From Octopus sinensis (taxonomy: Eukaryota), in the NCBI RefSeq assembly GCF_006345805.1, contig NC_042997.1, positions 40,920,001 through 40,984,000 on the forward strand: DNA of 64,000 bases, written 5' to 3'. Made by a program: the position numbers and the translations under genes. This document shows positions 38,708 through 50,545 of the stretch, in pieces (the first letter of the stretch is position 1; every line of letters starts with the position of its first letter). The notes under the pieces are model-generated. The model did no database searches and was not told the origin of the DNA. It saw only the letters and a program-made list of their open reading frames with translations.

Positions 38708-40018
38708 TTAAAATTCTTCAAATAATGAGTAACGGGCCCCTTGGGGGCAGAAAAAAAACCATTCCTGGGTTATGTTGAGAAGGGACATAACTCTTTGTGA
38801 AGTAAGTTTCAGAAATTGATTGTCTCCTTTACAATATCTCTTAGTTTCAGGGCTGAACCTGGATACCTCCTCCCAAGATGGTCTTTCTGCTTCCTGCTGC
38901 AGCCACTCTACCACTGGCCATAAATCGGCATCTTCCGTATGTCCCCTCTGTACTTCTCCAGTTGACACATAACCAGTCACTGTAGTATGTTTGCTCTTTG
39001 TACTTTGCACTTTTCTTCCTGCACAATGCTTGCAGTCCAATTCACAAGGATGACGACTCAAACTGTCCGTATCACCATGTACCTGCCCCGGACAGTGCTG
39101 AACCTCATAGTTGTGTTGGTCCAGTTTTCCTAGCCGGCATGTTAATTGTCCCTCCGGGTTCTGTAGTGTCTTCAGCCACTTGAGTGTTGCATGGTCCGTT
39201 CTGATGGTAAAGTGCGAACAGTACAGGTGCGGATGGAAAAAGTTGATGCTCCTCATCACCGCCAAAAGCTCCTCACGGGTTACACAGTAGTTCCGCTCAG
39301 GTGGGCTAAGCTTTTTACTGTGATACGCCACCACATATTCCTTGTCGCCCTTCCTCTGTAGCTTGTGTAACGGTGCAGCCAACGTCGCAAAGTTTCCTAT
39401 GAGGCACCTATAATAGGTGCCCAGTCCTAAGAGACTTCTCAATTCCTTTGCACCAGTAGGAACCAGCCAATCCTTCACTGCTACTTTACTTAGCACTCTA
39501 TGCCCCACATAGCATCTCACTGTACCGTCTCCATTCTGTACGACAACAATGACTGACGACCAGGGACTGCTTGGCCTTTTCACTACTCCTTTCATTTCCC
39601 GCCGCTGCACTGGGACCATCCTCCGAGCTCGCTGCTTCATTGAGCGATGGCCACCTGGGTCGATATAGTGCTCCACCAGGTCCGTGCGACCAACGTCCAG
39701 ATGTTCTGCATACCTTGCCAGCAGCTGCTTCATCCACAACACCCGAGTGCCATCCAAGAACCAGCGACTCAGTGTGAACCGCTCCTGAAACTGCACAGAT
39801 AGACCACCACCTCCTTCAACTGCCCTCCTATAGTGACGCAACTGACCCTGCCACTGGTCCACTGCCTGGCACAGTCCCATGATTTGACCTCTAAAAACCG
39901 CTTGTGCCACTTCCAAGAAATTGGCTGACCCAACCAGCGCTTTATCAGCTCCTGCCTCTACCAGGGTCCGTCCGACCCTCACTCGAGCTTTCACCGTGCA
40001 CTGCCTGTCGGGCTCCAC
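38708..40018 (-). mobile_element. Ty3/Gypsy pol remnant with in-frame internal deletions (RT N-terminus, RT C-terminus, partial RNase H, start of linker)
   Basis: GRTDLVEHYID, SSPWSS.IVVV...DG.VR, ELRSLLGL.TYYR.LI.NFATLAAPL, VAYHSKKLSPPERNYCVTREELLAV, TIRTDH..LKWL, HGDTDSLSR; no YxDD; no adjacent LTRs seen. Confidence 0.9.
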
Positions 40019-40020
40019 AT

Positions 40021-40190
40021 AAGTGCTACTGGTAACGTGGAATCCAGTACAACATGTTGCATGGTTGGGTTGTTGGTGACTAAATCAGCACCCCACCAGG
40101 CTACCCTGGTGACAAGGGTTCCCAGAAACCTAGCAGGTTTGAAAACAAGACCTGTTGAAAGGTTGGATGAATCTAGTGCAGGCTAAACAG
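40021..40190 (+). mobile_element. Isolated 5' UTR fragment of the RTE/BovB-type LINE
   Basis: Aligns with 27726-27890 (agtgctactggtaac.tg...ccagtacaac.tgttgcatgg). Confidence 0.75.
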
Positions 40191-40908
40191 CTATCGAGCA
40201 TATGAAGTAAAAATATTGGTGAAAAGGATAAATAAATAAAGATTGATATATCTATTAAAAATCATATTAGATTTAAGGTTTACAAAACGTTGAATTAAGG
40301 ATTAAAAGTTGTAAGATACATTGGCAGTAGTGAGAAATCCTAATGATGGATTTAAAAGTTTAGAGGAGTTCTAAAGAAATCTTTATAGAAAGTTATAACA
40401 TCAATATGAAGCAATTCGATGGTTGTTTCTGGAGTGCATTAGTGAACAGGTATGGATCTTTTGGTGTCACACTGACAATGTCTCCTTTGTCAGGAACAAG
40501 TAAATAGGTAATTAATTATGTTTGAAGACATGTAAGAGGAGAGAAAAGAAAACTTTAGTTTACATTACGTTAGGCGCCGGCTACTCTATCAGATACTGAA
40601 CACTTTTACAATGACTCATGTTTATACATGAAAGGAGATATCTAGTGTAGAATGTTGGGGAAATTCTTTTTAAAAAATGAGAAGAAGCAGGGCTGTGGAA
40701 TACTTCATTTCTTATATTTCATGGTATAGAGTTTCATGCATGAGTGAAATTTATATATATTTTATTTTTATATTTTATTTCTATTCTTTTTTCTTCTACC
40801 TTCTTGTGTATATGTATTTATATATATATATATATATATGTAGGTCCCGGGTTGAGTCGGGGTTAACCACAGTAAATAAGGTACTCAATACATAGCAGAG
40901 TAAATTAA

Positions 40909-41036
40909 TTTATTTTATAGAAGGAGCTTCTACAGGACTAGAACTGTTTCGTTCAAAAGAAATCATCAGGAAGCTCTGATGATTTCTTTTGAATGAAACA
41001 GTTCTAGTCCTGTAGAAGCTCCTTCTATAAAATAAA
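40909..41036. repeat. 128-bp palindrome (61-bp arms, 6-nt loop GAAGCT) followed by (TA)n
   Basis: tttattttatagaaggagcttctacaggactagaactgtttc...catcag / ctgatg...gaaacagttctagtcctgtagaagctccttctataaaataaa; one mismatch. Confidence 0.96.
40925..40975 (-). ncRNA. Type I hammerhead ribozyme candidate (GUA site)
   Basis: AGCUUC-CUGAUGA-UUUC[UUUU]GAAC-GAAA-CAG[UUCUAGUC]CUG-UA-GAAGCU; perfect 6-bp stem I, weak stem II. Confidence 0.72.
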
Positions 41037-41698
41037 AAAAAATATATATATATATATATACTTTGTATGTATACTTGTAAAAACAAATGTTTTGCTATTT
41101 AAGCAACCAGTAAAACAATACATTTTTCAGTTACTCATATCAGAGTAACTCACTGTAAACATTATTAATAAGATTAAAATAAAAATTATCTAGAATTAAG
41201 ATAAGAAGTACCACCAACTAAATGCATTGTTCTCAACGATATGTCTATCCTTCTGGATAGTTATAAAAACAAGAACCCCCAGCAAAAGTCAGTCAATGAG
41301 TGACAACTCGAGTCAGAGACAGCTACCATTAGTTAGTGAATGGACCACCAGAATCATAGTCACAAGCAGGCAGCTACTAAAGACAAATGGTCAGAGAAAG
41401 AAATGAACTTTACAATCAGCAACTATGAGACAACTTCACACACTCTATCACTCTCACTAGCTCACTCTATTATCTCTTACAACATCACCTGTCCGTCGAG
41501 GCAAGGTATTGTATAATGTAACGGAAAAATATATATTTTCTTCACAACTTCAGTCACTGTTCTTTCATCTTTACATAATGGCAATCAATGAAGAACCAAT
41601 CCTTACAAACTGATCACGACTCTGACATTCCATATTTTTTGTTTACAAATTAATTTCAACCGTTACAAATTGGTGACCCAACCATTACATATATATAC

Positions 41699-42930
41699 AT
41701 CATCATCATTGTTTCACGTCTGTTTTCCGTGCTAGCACAGGTTGGACGGTTTGACCGGGGTCTTGGAAGCCAGGAGGCTGCACCAGGCTCCAGTCTGACT
41801 TGGCAGTGTTTCTGCAGCTGGATGCCCTTCCTAATGCCAACCACTCCGTGAGTGTAGTGAGTGCTTTTTACGTGCCACCAGCACAGGTGCTAGGGGAGGC
41901 TGGCAGCAGCTACAATTGGTTGGTGCTTTTTACATGCCACCAGCACAGAAGCCAGTCAAGGCAGTGCTGGCATCGGCCACGTTTAGATGGTGCTTTTCAC
42001 GTGCCACCAGCACAGGTATCACAACTACAATTTCCATTTTATATTTATTTTGATGTTGATGTACTTGACTCAATTGGTCTCCTCAAGCACAGCAGGTCAT
42101 TCTATGATCCAAGGTAAGCACAGCAGGTCGTTCTGCAATCCAAGGTACTTTGGATGGGCTGGGGCTTCTATGTGAAGCTAGTGCAGGAAGCAGCCATGAA
42201 CTTACATTATTTGTTGGGTCTTTGCAGTCACAGCATATCTCCAGACATCTCGGTCTTTCGCCATTGCCTCTGTGAGGCCCAACGTTCGAAGGTCATGCTT
42301 GACTACCTCATCCCATGTCTTCTTGGGTCTACCTCTCCCCCTGATACCTTCAACTGTTTGGGAGTGGCACTTCTTCACACATCTCTCCTCATCCATCTGC
42401 AGTACATGACCATACCAGCACAAACGTCTCTATTGCACACCACATCTGATGCTTCTTATGTCTAGCATTTCTCTCAGGGCGCTTACACTCTGTTGTGTGT
42501 GCACACTGACATTACACATCCAGCAGATCATGCTAGCTTCATTTCTTTCAAGCCTACACATGTCCTCTGCAGTCACAGCCCATGTTTTACTGCCATGTAG
42601 CATGGCAGTTCGCACACATGCATCATACAATCTACCTTTCACTCTGAGTGAGAGACCCTTTGTCGCCAGTAGGGGTAGGAGCTTTCTAAACTTTGCCCAG
42701 ACTATTCATATTCTAGTGGTGACACTCTCTGAGCATCCACCTCCACTACTAACTTGGTCACCGAGGTAGTGGAAACTATCAACTACTTTCTCCCTCTGGA
42801 GTGTGATGGAATCTGTTTTCTCAGCATCTGTGGTGTCTATTGCCCCTGTGCATCTGCCACACATGAAAGCTATCTTCTCGGTTAATTTTCCTTTGATGTT
42901 GTTGCACCTGTTATGCATTCAGTGGTGCAG
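41699..42930 (-). mobile_element. 5'-truncated RTE-clade LINE (PHD-in-RT family)
   Basis: ORFs 42918-42202 (DSFHYLGDQ, LHGSKTW, RGRPKKTW) plus 3' UTR. Confidence 0.92.
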
Positions 42931-43715
42931 CATATATATACATATATATATTTGCATATATACACACACATATATATATATATAAGTAGGTACGGCAAAT
43001 TTAGGGTGAATACTTGATAAGTGTAAGCACCTGTATACACCAGTAAGTGGCAGAGGTGAGAGGGAATATATCAAATAAAATCAAAAACAGAACACAAAGG
43101 ATGTCGCGGTATACGTGTTTCAAGCTTTATAAACGACCTGTTCTTACATCAGTGTATAATAAATATTTAAAAAATGGTTTAACGCTCTCTTCAGGCGCAT
43201 GCATTGTTATTCCAAAGAGTTACACCACACTATAAAAAAATATGAAAAGTACATGTAGTATTACCCATAATAATAGGTATATCATATCTCCCTGAGAAAG
43301 TGTATTAGTAAAATTTCGTAACTATATAGGCTTGTAGGGGATCATTGGATTTTGAAAATCTGTCCATACTGTATCACCAGTCAACATAGAGTGAATGTTA
43401 AATATATTTGAATGAGTTCATTCTTCTTGTAAGGAAATAGAAATAAAGAGAAGGAAAAGGAAAAAAGAAGAAAAAATAGGGAGAACATGGAGAGAAAAAA
43501 TAGATAGAAAGAATAGAGATAAAATAAATAAAGGGGAAATAGAGAGAAAAAAAGGAAGAAAAAGAAGGAAGAGGAGAAAATGGAAAGAGAAGACGTTAAA
43601 GTAAGAAACAAGGGAAGAGGACAATGTAAGTAAAAGATAAGGGTAATAAAACTAGTAAAGAAATAGTAAAATTTCAAATATAAGGATAATAATGTTAATA
43701 ATGTTAGAACCACAT

Positions 43716-45250
43716 CATCATCATCATCATTGTTTAACGTCCGCTTTCCATGCTAACATGGGTTGGACAATTTTGACTGAGGGCTGGCAAGCCAGGAGGC
43801 TGCACCGGGGCTTCAATCTTGATCTAGCAGTTTCTACAGCTGGATGCCCTTCCTGATGCCAACCATTCCGAGAGTGTAGTGGGTGCATTTTACGTGCCAC
43901 CAGCATGGAGGCCAGTCAGGCGGTACTGGCAATGACCTTGCTCAAATCTTTTTACATGTGCCACCAGCACAGGTGCCAGTGAAGAGACATTGGTAACGAT
44001 CACGCTTGAATGGTGCCCTTTTACGTGCCACGGGTACGGAAGCCAGTTAGCTGCTCTGGTAACGATCATACTCGAATAGCGCTCTGTCAACGATCACACT
44101 CGTATGGTGCTCTTTGCACCCAGCTAGCACAGATGCCAGTCATCAATTTGATTTTGACTTCACTTGCCTAAACAGGTCTTCGCAAGCAGAATTTAGTGAC
44201 CAAAGAAGGAAAAGGTACACATAAGCGGACTGGTTACACTCCTGTCATGGGCCACAGGTTATGGTCTCATTTGGCTTGTGGGGTCTTCTTGAGCACAGCA
44301 TATTTCCAAAAGTCTCAGTCACTAGTCATTTCCTTGGTGAGGCCTAAAGTTCGAAGGTCGTGCTTCACCACTTCATCCCAGGTCTTCCTGGGTCTACCTC
44401 TTCCACAGGTTCCCTCAACTGCTAGGGTGTGGCACTTTTTCACACAGCTATCCACATCCATTCTTGCCTCATGACCATACCAGTGCAGTCATCTCTCTGG
44501 CACACCACATCTAATGTTTCTTATGTCCAACTTTTCTTTCAAGGTACTTACACTCTGTCGAGTATGCACACTGACATTACGCATCCATCAGATCATGATG
44601 GCTTCATTCCTTGCGAGCTTACGCATGTCCTCAGCAGTCACAGCCCATGTTTCACTGCCATGTAGCATGGCTGTTCGTACACATGCATCATACAGTCGAC
44701 CTTTTACTGTGAGCGAGAGGCCCTTTGTCACCAGCAGAGGTAAGAGCTCCCTGAACTTTGCCCAGGCTATTCTTACTCTAGTAGTTACACTTTCAGCGCA
44801 CCCACCCCCACTACTGACTTGGTCACCTAGATAACGGAAGCTATCAACTACTTCTAGTTTTTCCCCCTGGAAAGTGGCGGAAGTTGTTTTCTGCAGATTT
44901 TCAGAGTTTATTGCTCCTGAGCATCTTCCACATACAAAAACTATCTTCCCAGTTAGCCTTCCTTTGATATTACTGCACCTCTTATGTGTCCATAGCTTAC
45001 ACTGGGTACATCTTATAGAGTTTCTACCTACGCCTCTACTACAGATCGAGCAGGGCCATCTACCTGAAGACATTTGTGGTTTGCCTGCCTTCCTCCTTAT
45101 CAGGACTTTGGTTTTAGCTAGGTTGATTTTAAGGCCCTTTGATTCTAATCCTTGTTTCCACACTTGAAACTTCTCCTCTTGTTCTGATCGTGACTCAGCA
45201 ATTAGAGCAAGGTCATCAGCATAGAGGAGCTCCCAGGGGCATCCTGTCCA
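43716..45250 (-). mobile_element. 5'-truncated RTE-clade LINE (PHD-in-RT family)
   Basis: ORF 45295-44588 (ELLYADD, CSIC...HKRC...CGRC, YLGD) plus 3' UTR and (GAT)n tail. Confidence 0.94.
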
Positions 45251-45876
45251 AATTAGAGTAACAAAAAAATATAAAAATGTAAAATATAAAAACATAATGA
45301 CATATAAAAAGATCTAAAATAATCGTAAAACAAAAGAATTAAAATAAAGAGATAAGATGCTAAAAGAGTTGAGAATAAGATTTAGGTTTTGATGTGGTGG
45401 TAAGGGTCATAAATCACTTCTTATTTTCGGGGTGGGGGTGGGTGAAATTTGATATTGTTGTAGTAAGTGATCAGTTTACACCAACTCACCACTAAAAGTT
45501 ACTAGCTTTAAGTTTATAGTATATGTGTGTGTGTGTGTTTATACACATATTTGTGTGCATATATATAAGCATGTCTCATACAGCACAGCATGAGATACAC
45601 AGTCTTAAGTATATAGAATTACACACATATCCCCATACATATCTACAGTTAAATCCTAGTAAATATATACATACACTACTAAGGATATGTACAGATATAG
45701 ATATCTATACACACACACATACGTGTATATATATATATATATATATTCACATACATATACACATACATATATACACATACATATGCATCCCTCTCATACA
45801 AACACACACATTATATAAAAATACAGATACACATACATACACACATAGATATACACCCCTATATATATATATATAT

Positions 45877-46925
45877 TGTTACGGACGCCAAGGAAAATGT
45901 AAACAAACAAAAAACATTATGCTCCTTGTTCCATTAGTTGGAATCGAACCGGCGCTCCAGTTGTTCAGGACAATGGTATTTCCTTTGTCCTGTCAAGGAG
46001 CACGGTTATTAATAGCCATAGGCACTTGACGTCTGGCCCCATACAGTCACGGAAAGTTTAAAAAAATAAAATGTTGGTAATTGGGTTACACGCTGTTGTC
46101 GTACGATATCTCTCTTTTTCTAGCTGCCGACCGTTATATATACAGGTAGGTTAAGTTGCCAGTCAGTCAGCGGAGGACCTGACAAGGGGTCAGTGCGAGT
46201 GGAAGACCAGAAGACGGTCAGTGAGAGAGATGACAATCGAGCGGCTAGGCAAGTTGTTGTAGTGGGAGTTGTGAAGTTCAGAAAATATTGCAGACGCGAT
46301 TATTAAGGGAATGTTGCAGGCGCGGAACGTGCGGGTAATGTTTTTATTTGTGTTTTGAATTCTGATGTTTAAATGAAAAAAAAGAGAAAAGTTGTGTTGT
46401 CTAAATGGAAAAAAAAAGAGAATCTGTGACGTAAACTGTTGAAAAGAAAAGGGAAAAAAAAGAACTTGTAAATGTTTTTAAAAAAAAGCAGAAAGACTGT
46501 TGAAAAGAAAAGGAAAGGGATCTTTGTGAACGAACTCTCTGTGTTAGAAGAAGAGAGAGAGAAAAGAAAGAAAGAAGAGAAAAGTGGAACTTTAAGAGAC
46601 TATTAATTGTGAACACTGTCTCAAATGAAAATGATTTGTTTTGGAAGAATCGACTCTGAAATGTGTTTAAATGTAAATGATTTACTTTGTTTTTCGAACT
46701 CTGTATTATGTCGTTAACCTTTCTTGTGAATGCTTTTGTTTTGTTAAAAAAAAATTGTTTGAATTACGCAACTCCACTGTGTCTCTTTGTTGTTGCTGTT
46801 GTTCTCGGTCCTGGCCGTGTTCGCTGCCTTCCCCCCCTTCCTGTGGTGGATTTCCGGTTTACTGAGCGCACGCGCCGCACGCTACGGCCCGTGGTGACAT
46901 CGTGGGCCTGAGTGGTGGCGTATCA
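45877..46925. mobile_element. Probable solo LTR (1049 bp)
   Basis: Starts TGTTACGG, ends GTATCA, flanked by ATAT on both sides within (TA)n; higher GC than the flanks; non-coding. The TSD is weak evidence because it lies in a microsatellite. Confidence 0.55.
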
Positions 46926-46962
46926 ATATATATATATATATATACACCCACAAATGCATGTG

Positions 46963-46998
<36 letters not shown>

Positions 46999-47534
46999 AT
47001 ATATATACACACACACATACATATACACATATATATTATGACTGCCCCCTCGTTATCAAGTATGGCCATTGCACGAAGCTTAACTGTTACTGGTGCTGTG
47101 ATCGAATGTGACTTTTTAGCCCAGCTAAAAAGTCACACACATATACATACATACATGCATACACACACACATGCATACATATAAATCCTGCCATGTATAA
47201 ATCTTCATACATTCACACCCATTGATTCATGTATATATACACACATACATCACATCTTCTAAGTGTCTATCTTGTTTTGGGGGATATAATAATTTTAATT
47301 TAATAATTAATGAATATTTAATGATTTAATGTAATTTAAAAGCAAAGACAAAACATAAAGGATAACAAATTAGAAAATAAATAAAATAAAATAAGAAAAA
47401 TAAGAAAAAATACAAAGAAAAGATTATAATAATCGCAATAATACTAGTGATCATAATATTGTTATAATATTACAATACAATATTGATTGGAAAATATAAT
47501 ATAAGATTAAATTTTAATTAGAGAGAGAGAAGAA

Positions 47535-48095
47535 GGCCAGCAATTTCATGGGAGGGGGTGAGTTAATTATATTGTTCCCCGGGTATACAACTGGTACTTA
47601 TTTTATAGACCCGGAAAAGATGAAAGGCAAAGTCAACCTTGATGGAATTTGAACTCAGAACGTAAAGCCAGAGGGAATGCTGCTAAGCATTTTGCCCAGC
47701 ATGCTAATGGTTCTGCTAGCTTGCCGCCTTCAGCCTGCATTTTATATTAAAAGGATAAAGACCCCTTTCAGTCATGAATGGCCATGGGATTGCACCTAGA
47801 AAATTCTCCTCCAAGGCACAAGTCCTGGCAAGGTTTGTTTATGGAAGACCAGCAGTCACCCATCCATACCAGCCCCCTCTCTCCCCACCACCAATGTTAT
47901 CCAAGGGAAAGGCAAAGACCAATACAGCTTGGCACCAGTGATGTGGAAACTCATTGCTACAGCTCACTGAACAAGGAGCATTGTGAAAGAAAGTGTCTTG
48001 CTCAAGAACATAACACACAACCCGGTCTGGAAATTGAACTCATTACCTCATGATTGTGAGCCTGATGCTTCAACCACTGAGCCATGCACCTTCAT
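47535..48095 (-). mobile_element. Two adjacent tRNA-derived SINEs (about 47535-47730 and 47755-48095)
   Basis: First: ctggtacttattttatagacc...gcaaagtcaacc family. Second: head ggtgcatggctcagtggttgaagc...gagttcaatttcc on the minus strand. Confidence 0.75.
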
Positions 48096-48192
48096 GTATT
48101 TTAATTTTGAGCAATAATTATTTCTAAAGTAAAAAAGATAAAAAATGACAACAACACTGTGTGAATGATAGAAAAATATTCTATTGAATGGT

Positions 48193-48198
48193 TTTATT
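48193..48198 (-). terminator. Candidate AATAAA polyadenylation signal of the PARP gene
   Basis: About 120 nt downstream of the TGA at 48318-48320. Confidence 0.45.
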
Positions 48199-48317
48199 CT
48201 TACAAAAGACCCTGGGATTGCACCTAGAATTAGAGAATTTCCTGTATTTTCTTTGTCTTTCTTTTGTTAAATATATTCCTGTTCACTTTATATGTGTTTT
48301 ATGAATTCCATTTATAT

Positions 48318-48586
48318 TCAATGATTAGAGAATGTAATCAAATAATTAGGATATGCCTGAGAGTCATGAAAAGTAACATAAATATTGGGTCTTTGAATAT
48401 TATCAACAGCAGAATTGTAAGAATCCTGTAAAACTTTTAGTCCATGGTGTCCTCGCATCACACTTCCCACAAGAACACTGCATTGGTATATTCTCTTTAT
48501 TCCGTTATGGTCAGGAGTAGAATAGGTATCATTTGCAGAATAATAGATGTCTCCGGCAAAATAAACACCTTCACCATATGCCGTGG
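48318..48586 (-). CDS. PARP14: PARP14/15-like gene, last coding exon (ART catalytic domain C-terminal half)
   Basis: Acceptor tcttag|cc at 48586; ATAYGEGVYFAGDIYYSANDTYSTPDHNGIKRIYQCSVLVG...YNSAVDNIQRPNIYVTFHDSQAYPNYLITFSNH-stop; 269 nt, phase consistent. The symbol denotes family similarity, not proven orthology. Confidence 0.95.
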
Positions 48587-49339
48587 CTAAGAAGAGAAAA
48601 AAAGATATATATGTGTGTGTGATGATGATGATATATATATATATATATATATATTTAATTTCATTTCTTAGGGAATAAAAATTCTGGCATAACAGGGGTT
48701 CAAATTATTCTCAATGAGGAAATATATATTTTCATTTAGAGATAGTAGGCCCTTCACCTCACCATATAAAAGAATTTTAATTTAAATACTTACTACTTTA
48801 TAACTTGGCTACACATGTTTCTTGGGGTACATTTCCCGGTTCCTTAACCACACTGTGTTTTGCTGGAACCATTCTTAAATATAACCCCAATCATCAGACC
48901 TCTGTATCACTTTCTCATAGTTTGATACTATAAACTATATTCTAATCTTTTAAATAAATAAGATAGGTTCGCCAGACCCTACTGTACAAGCCATAATTTA
49001 ATTGAAATAAAAAATTACAAAAATAAAATAAAAAAATAAAGATGAAAATAAAATATATGAATGAAAATAAAAATTTACAAAAACTGTTCTTATGTAACTT
49101 ATGTCTATAAATATAAAATTTATAATATATAGGGATAAAAAAATAAAATAAAATATATACTTGTGATGATATAAAATGATATAAAATGAAAGGAATGGCA
49201 AAAACAATATATATTCGAATAAAAAGGGAAGCAATGATGAATAAATATTTTCAAATTAAAACTATAGTACGAATGAGGAAATGAAAAATTTACAAATGAT
49301 ACGAATGATAACAATTAAAAATTTACAATATATATATAT

Positions 49340-49620
49340 GTGTGTCTGTTGCCAGCATCGCCTGGCTACGTGCCGGTGACACGTAAAAGCACCATCCGTT
49401 CGTGGCCGTTCGCCAGCTCTGTCTGGCACCTGTGCAGGTGGCACGTAAAAAACACCCACTACACTCGCGGAGTGGTTGGCGTTAGGAAGGGCATCCAGCC
49501 GTAGAAACACTGCCAGATCTGACTGGGCCTGACGAAGCCTTCCAGCTTCACAGACCCCAGTTGACCCGTCCAACCCATGCTAGCATGGAAAGCGGACGCT
49601 AAACGATGATGATGATGATG
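49340..49620 (+). mobile_element. RTE 3' UTR fragment
   Basis: gacacgtaaaagcaccatccg...gctagcatggaaagcggacgctaaacgatgatg. Confidence 0.9.
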
Positions 49621-49844
49621 ATATAGAAATTGAGATAGGGGTTGTGAGTGCAACCCACCATGGGATAACATATATCCAATACACTGCCAGTAAAGCACCC
49701 AACAAAGTTATTATATATTATTATGAATATACTTATATATATATAGGTGCATGTATATTTACACTTATATGTATGTGTATATTATATATTATGTATATGT
49801 ACTCATTCTTGTATAGGTGTACCTTCTCTTATATTCATATTATA

Positions 49845-49971
49845 ATCTCTGAAGAGGCCTTGGGATATATTTGTAAGTGTCTCATTTATAACCACATATT
49901 AACTTATCACACCTGGCTAATATGAGCATAATGAGATACTCATATCTACATGGCTGAAACAGCTGTAAGAT
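49845..49971 (+). ncRNA. Type I hammerhead ribozyme candidate with long loop II (GUA site)
   Basis: AUCU-CUGAAGA-GGCC[~90 nt]GGCU-GAAA-CAGCUG-UA-AGAU; palindromic stem III. Confidence 0.65.
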
Positions 49972-50271
49972 ATAGTTTATATTTATATTTATTTATACAT
50001 ATTGTACTTATTGTATCATATTACTCATTGATGTGCACTGTTTTGTTCTGTACTATTATGTTTGACCTTGATGTTCATATGTAGTTGGTTAATAAATTAT
50101 GTGAATGGGTATTATCTGGTAGTTGATTATTGATTAAGGTGTATTCCTCCATTTTCTTATTTTGTATATATATATATATATATATATATTTAATGCAGGG
50201 GAAAATTTTTTCAAAAAAAAAAAACCTCATCAGTGGCCAGCATATTAAAAAATACCTTTAAAGGTTAAATT

Positions 50272-50545
50272 TATCAACAACTTATAAATAAGGGTAAACG
50301 AAAAAATTTCTAATGCCAAATATGCCGAAGTTGGACATATTGTCCATAACTGTATAATTTTTTCACAATACACACGCTACTCGAAAAAAGGTCGACAGAA
50401 ATTTCTAAAAAATTCCATTACTACCATATTGGACCGATTTCAGGGTTAGTTCATAAGAACCCTCCCTACGTCAGTGATTTATCCAGCTTCGGCATATTTG
50501 GCATTAGAAATTTTTTCGTTTGCCCTTATTTATAAGTTGTTGATA
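50272..50545. repeat. Inverted repeat, 64-bp arms with a 146-bp spacer
   Basis: 50272-50335 versus 50482-50545, two mismatches. Confidence 0.92.

Noticed and set aside
43105-43200. Hammerhead-like core on the minus strand (CUGAAGA-GAGC...GCUU-GAAA-CAC-GUA)
   Set aside because: No stem I pairing; kept only as a degenerate relative, not called as a ribozyme.
48840-48905. CUGAUGA...CAAAACACAGUG on the minus strand
   Set aside because: Core G12 is missing and there is no stem I.
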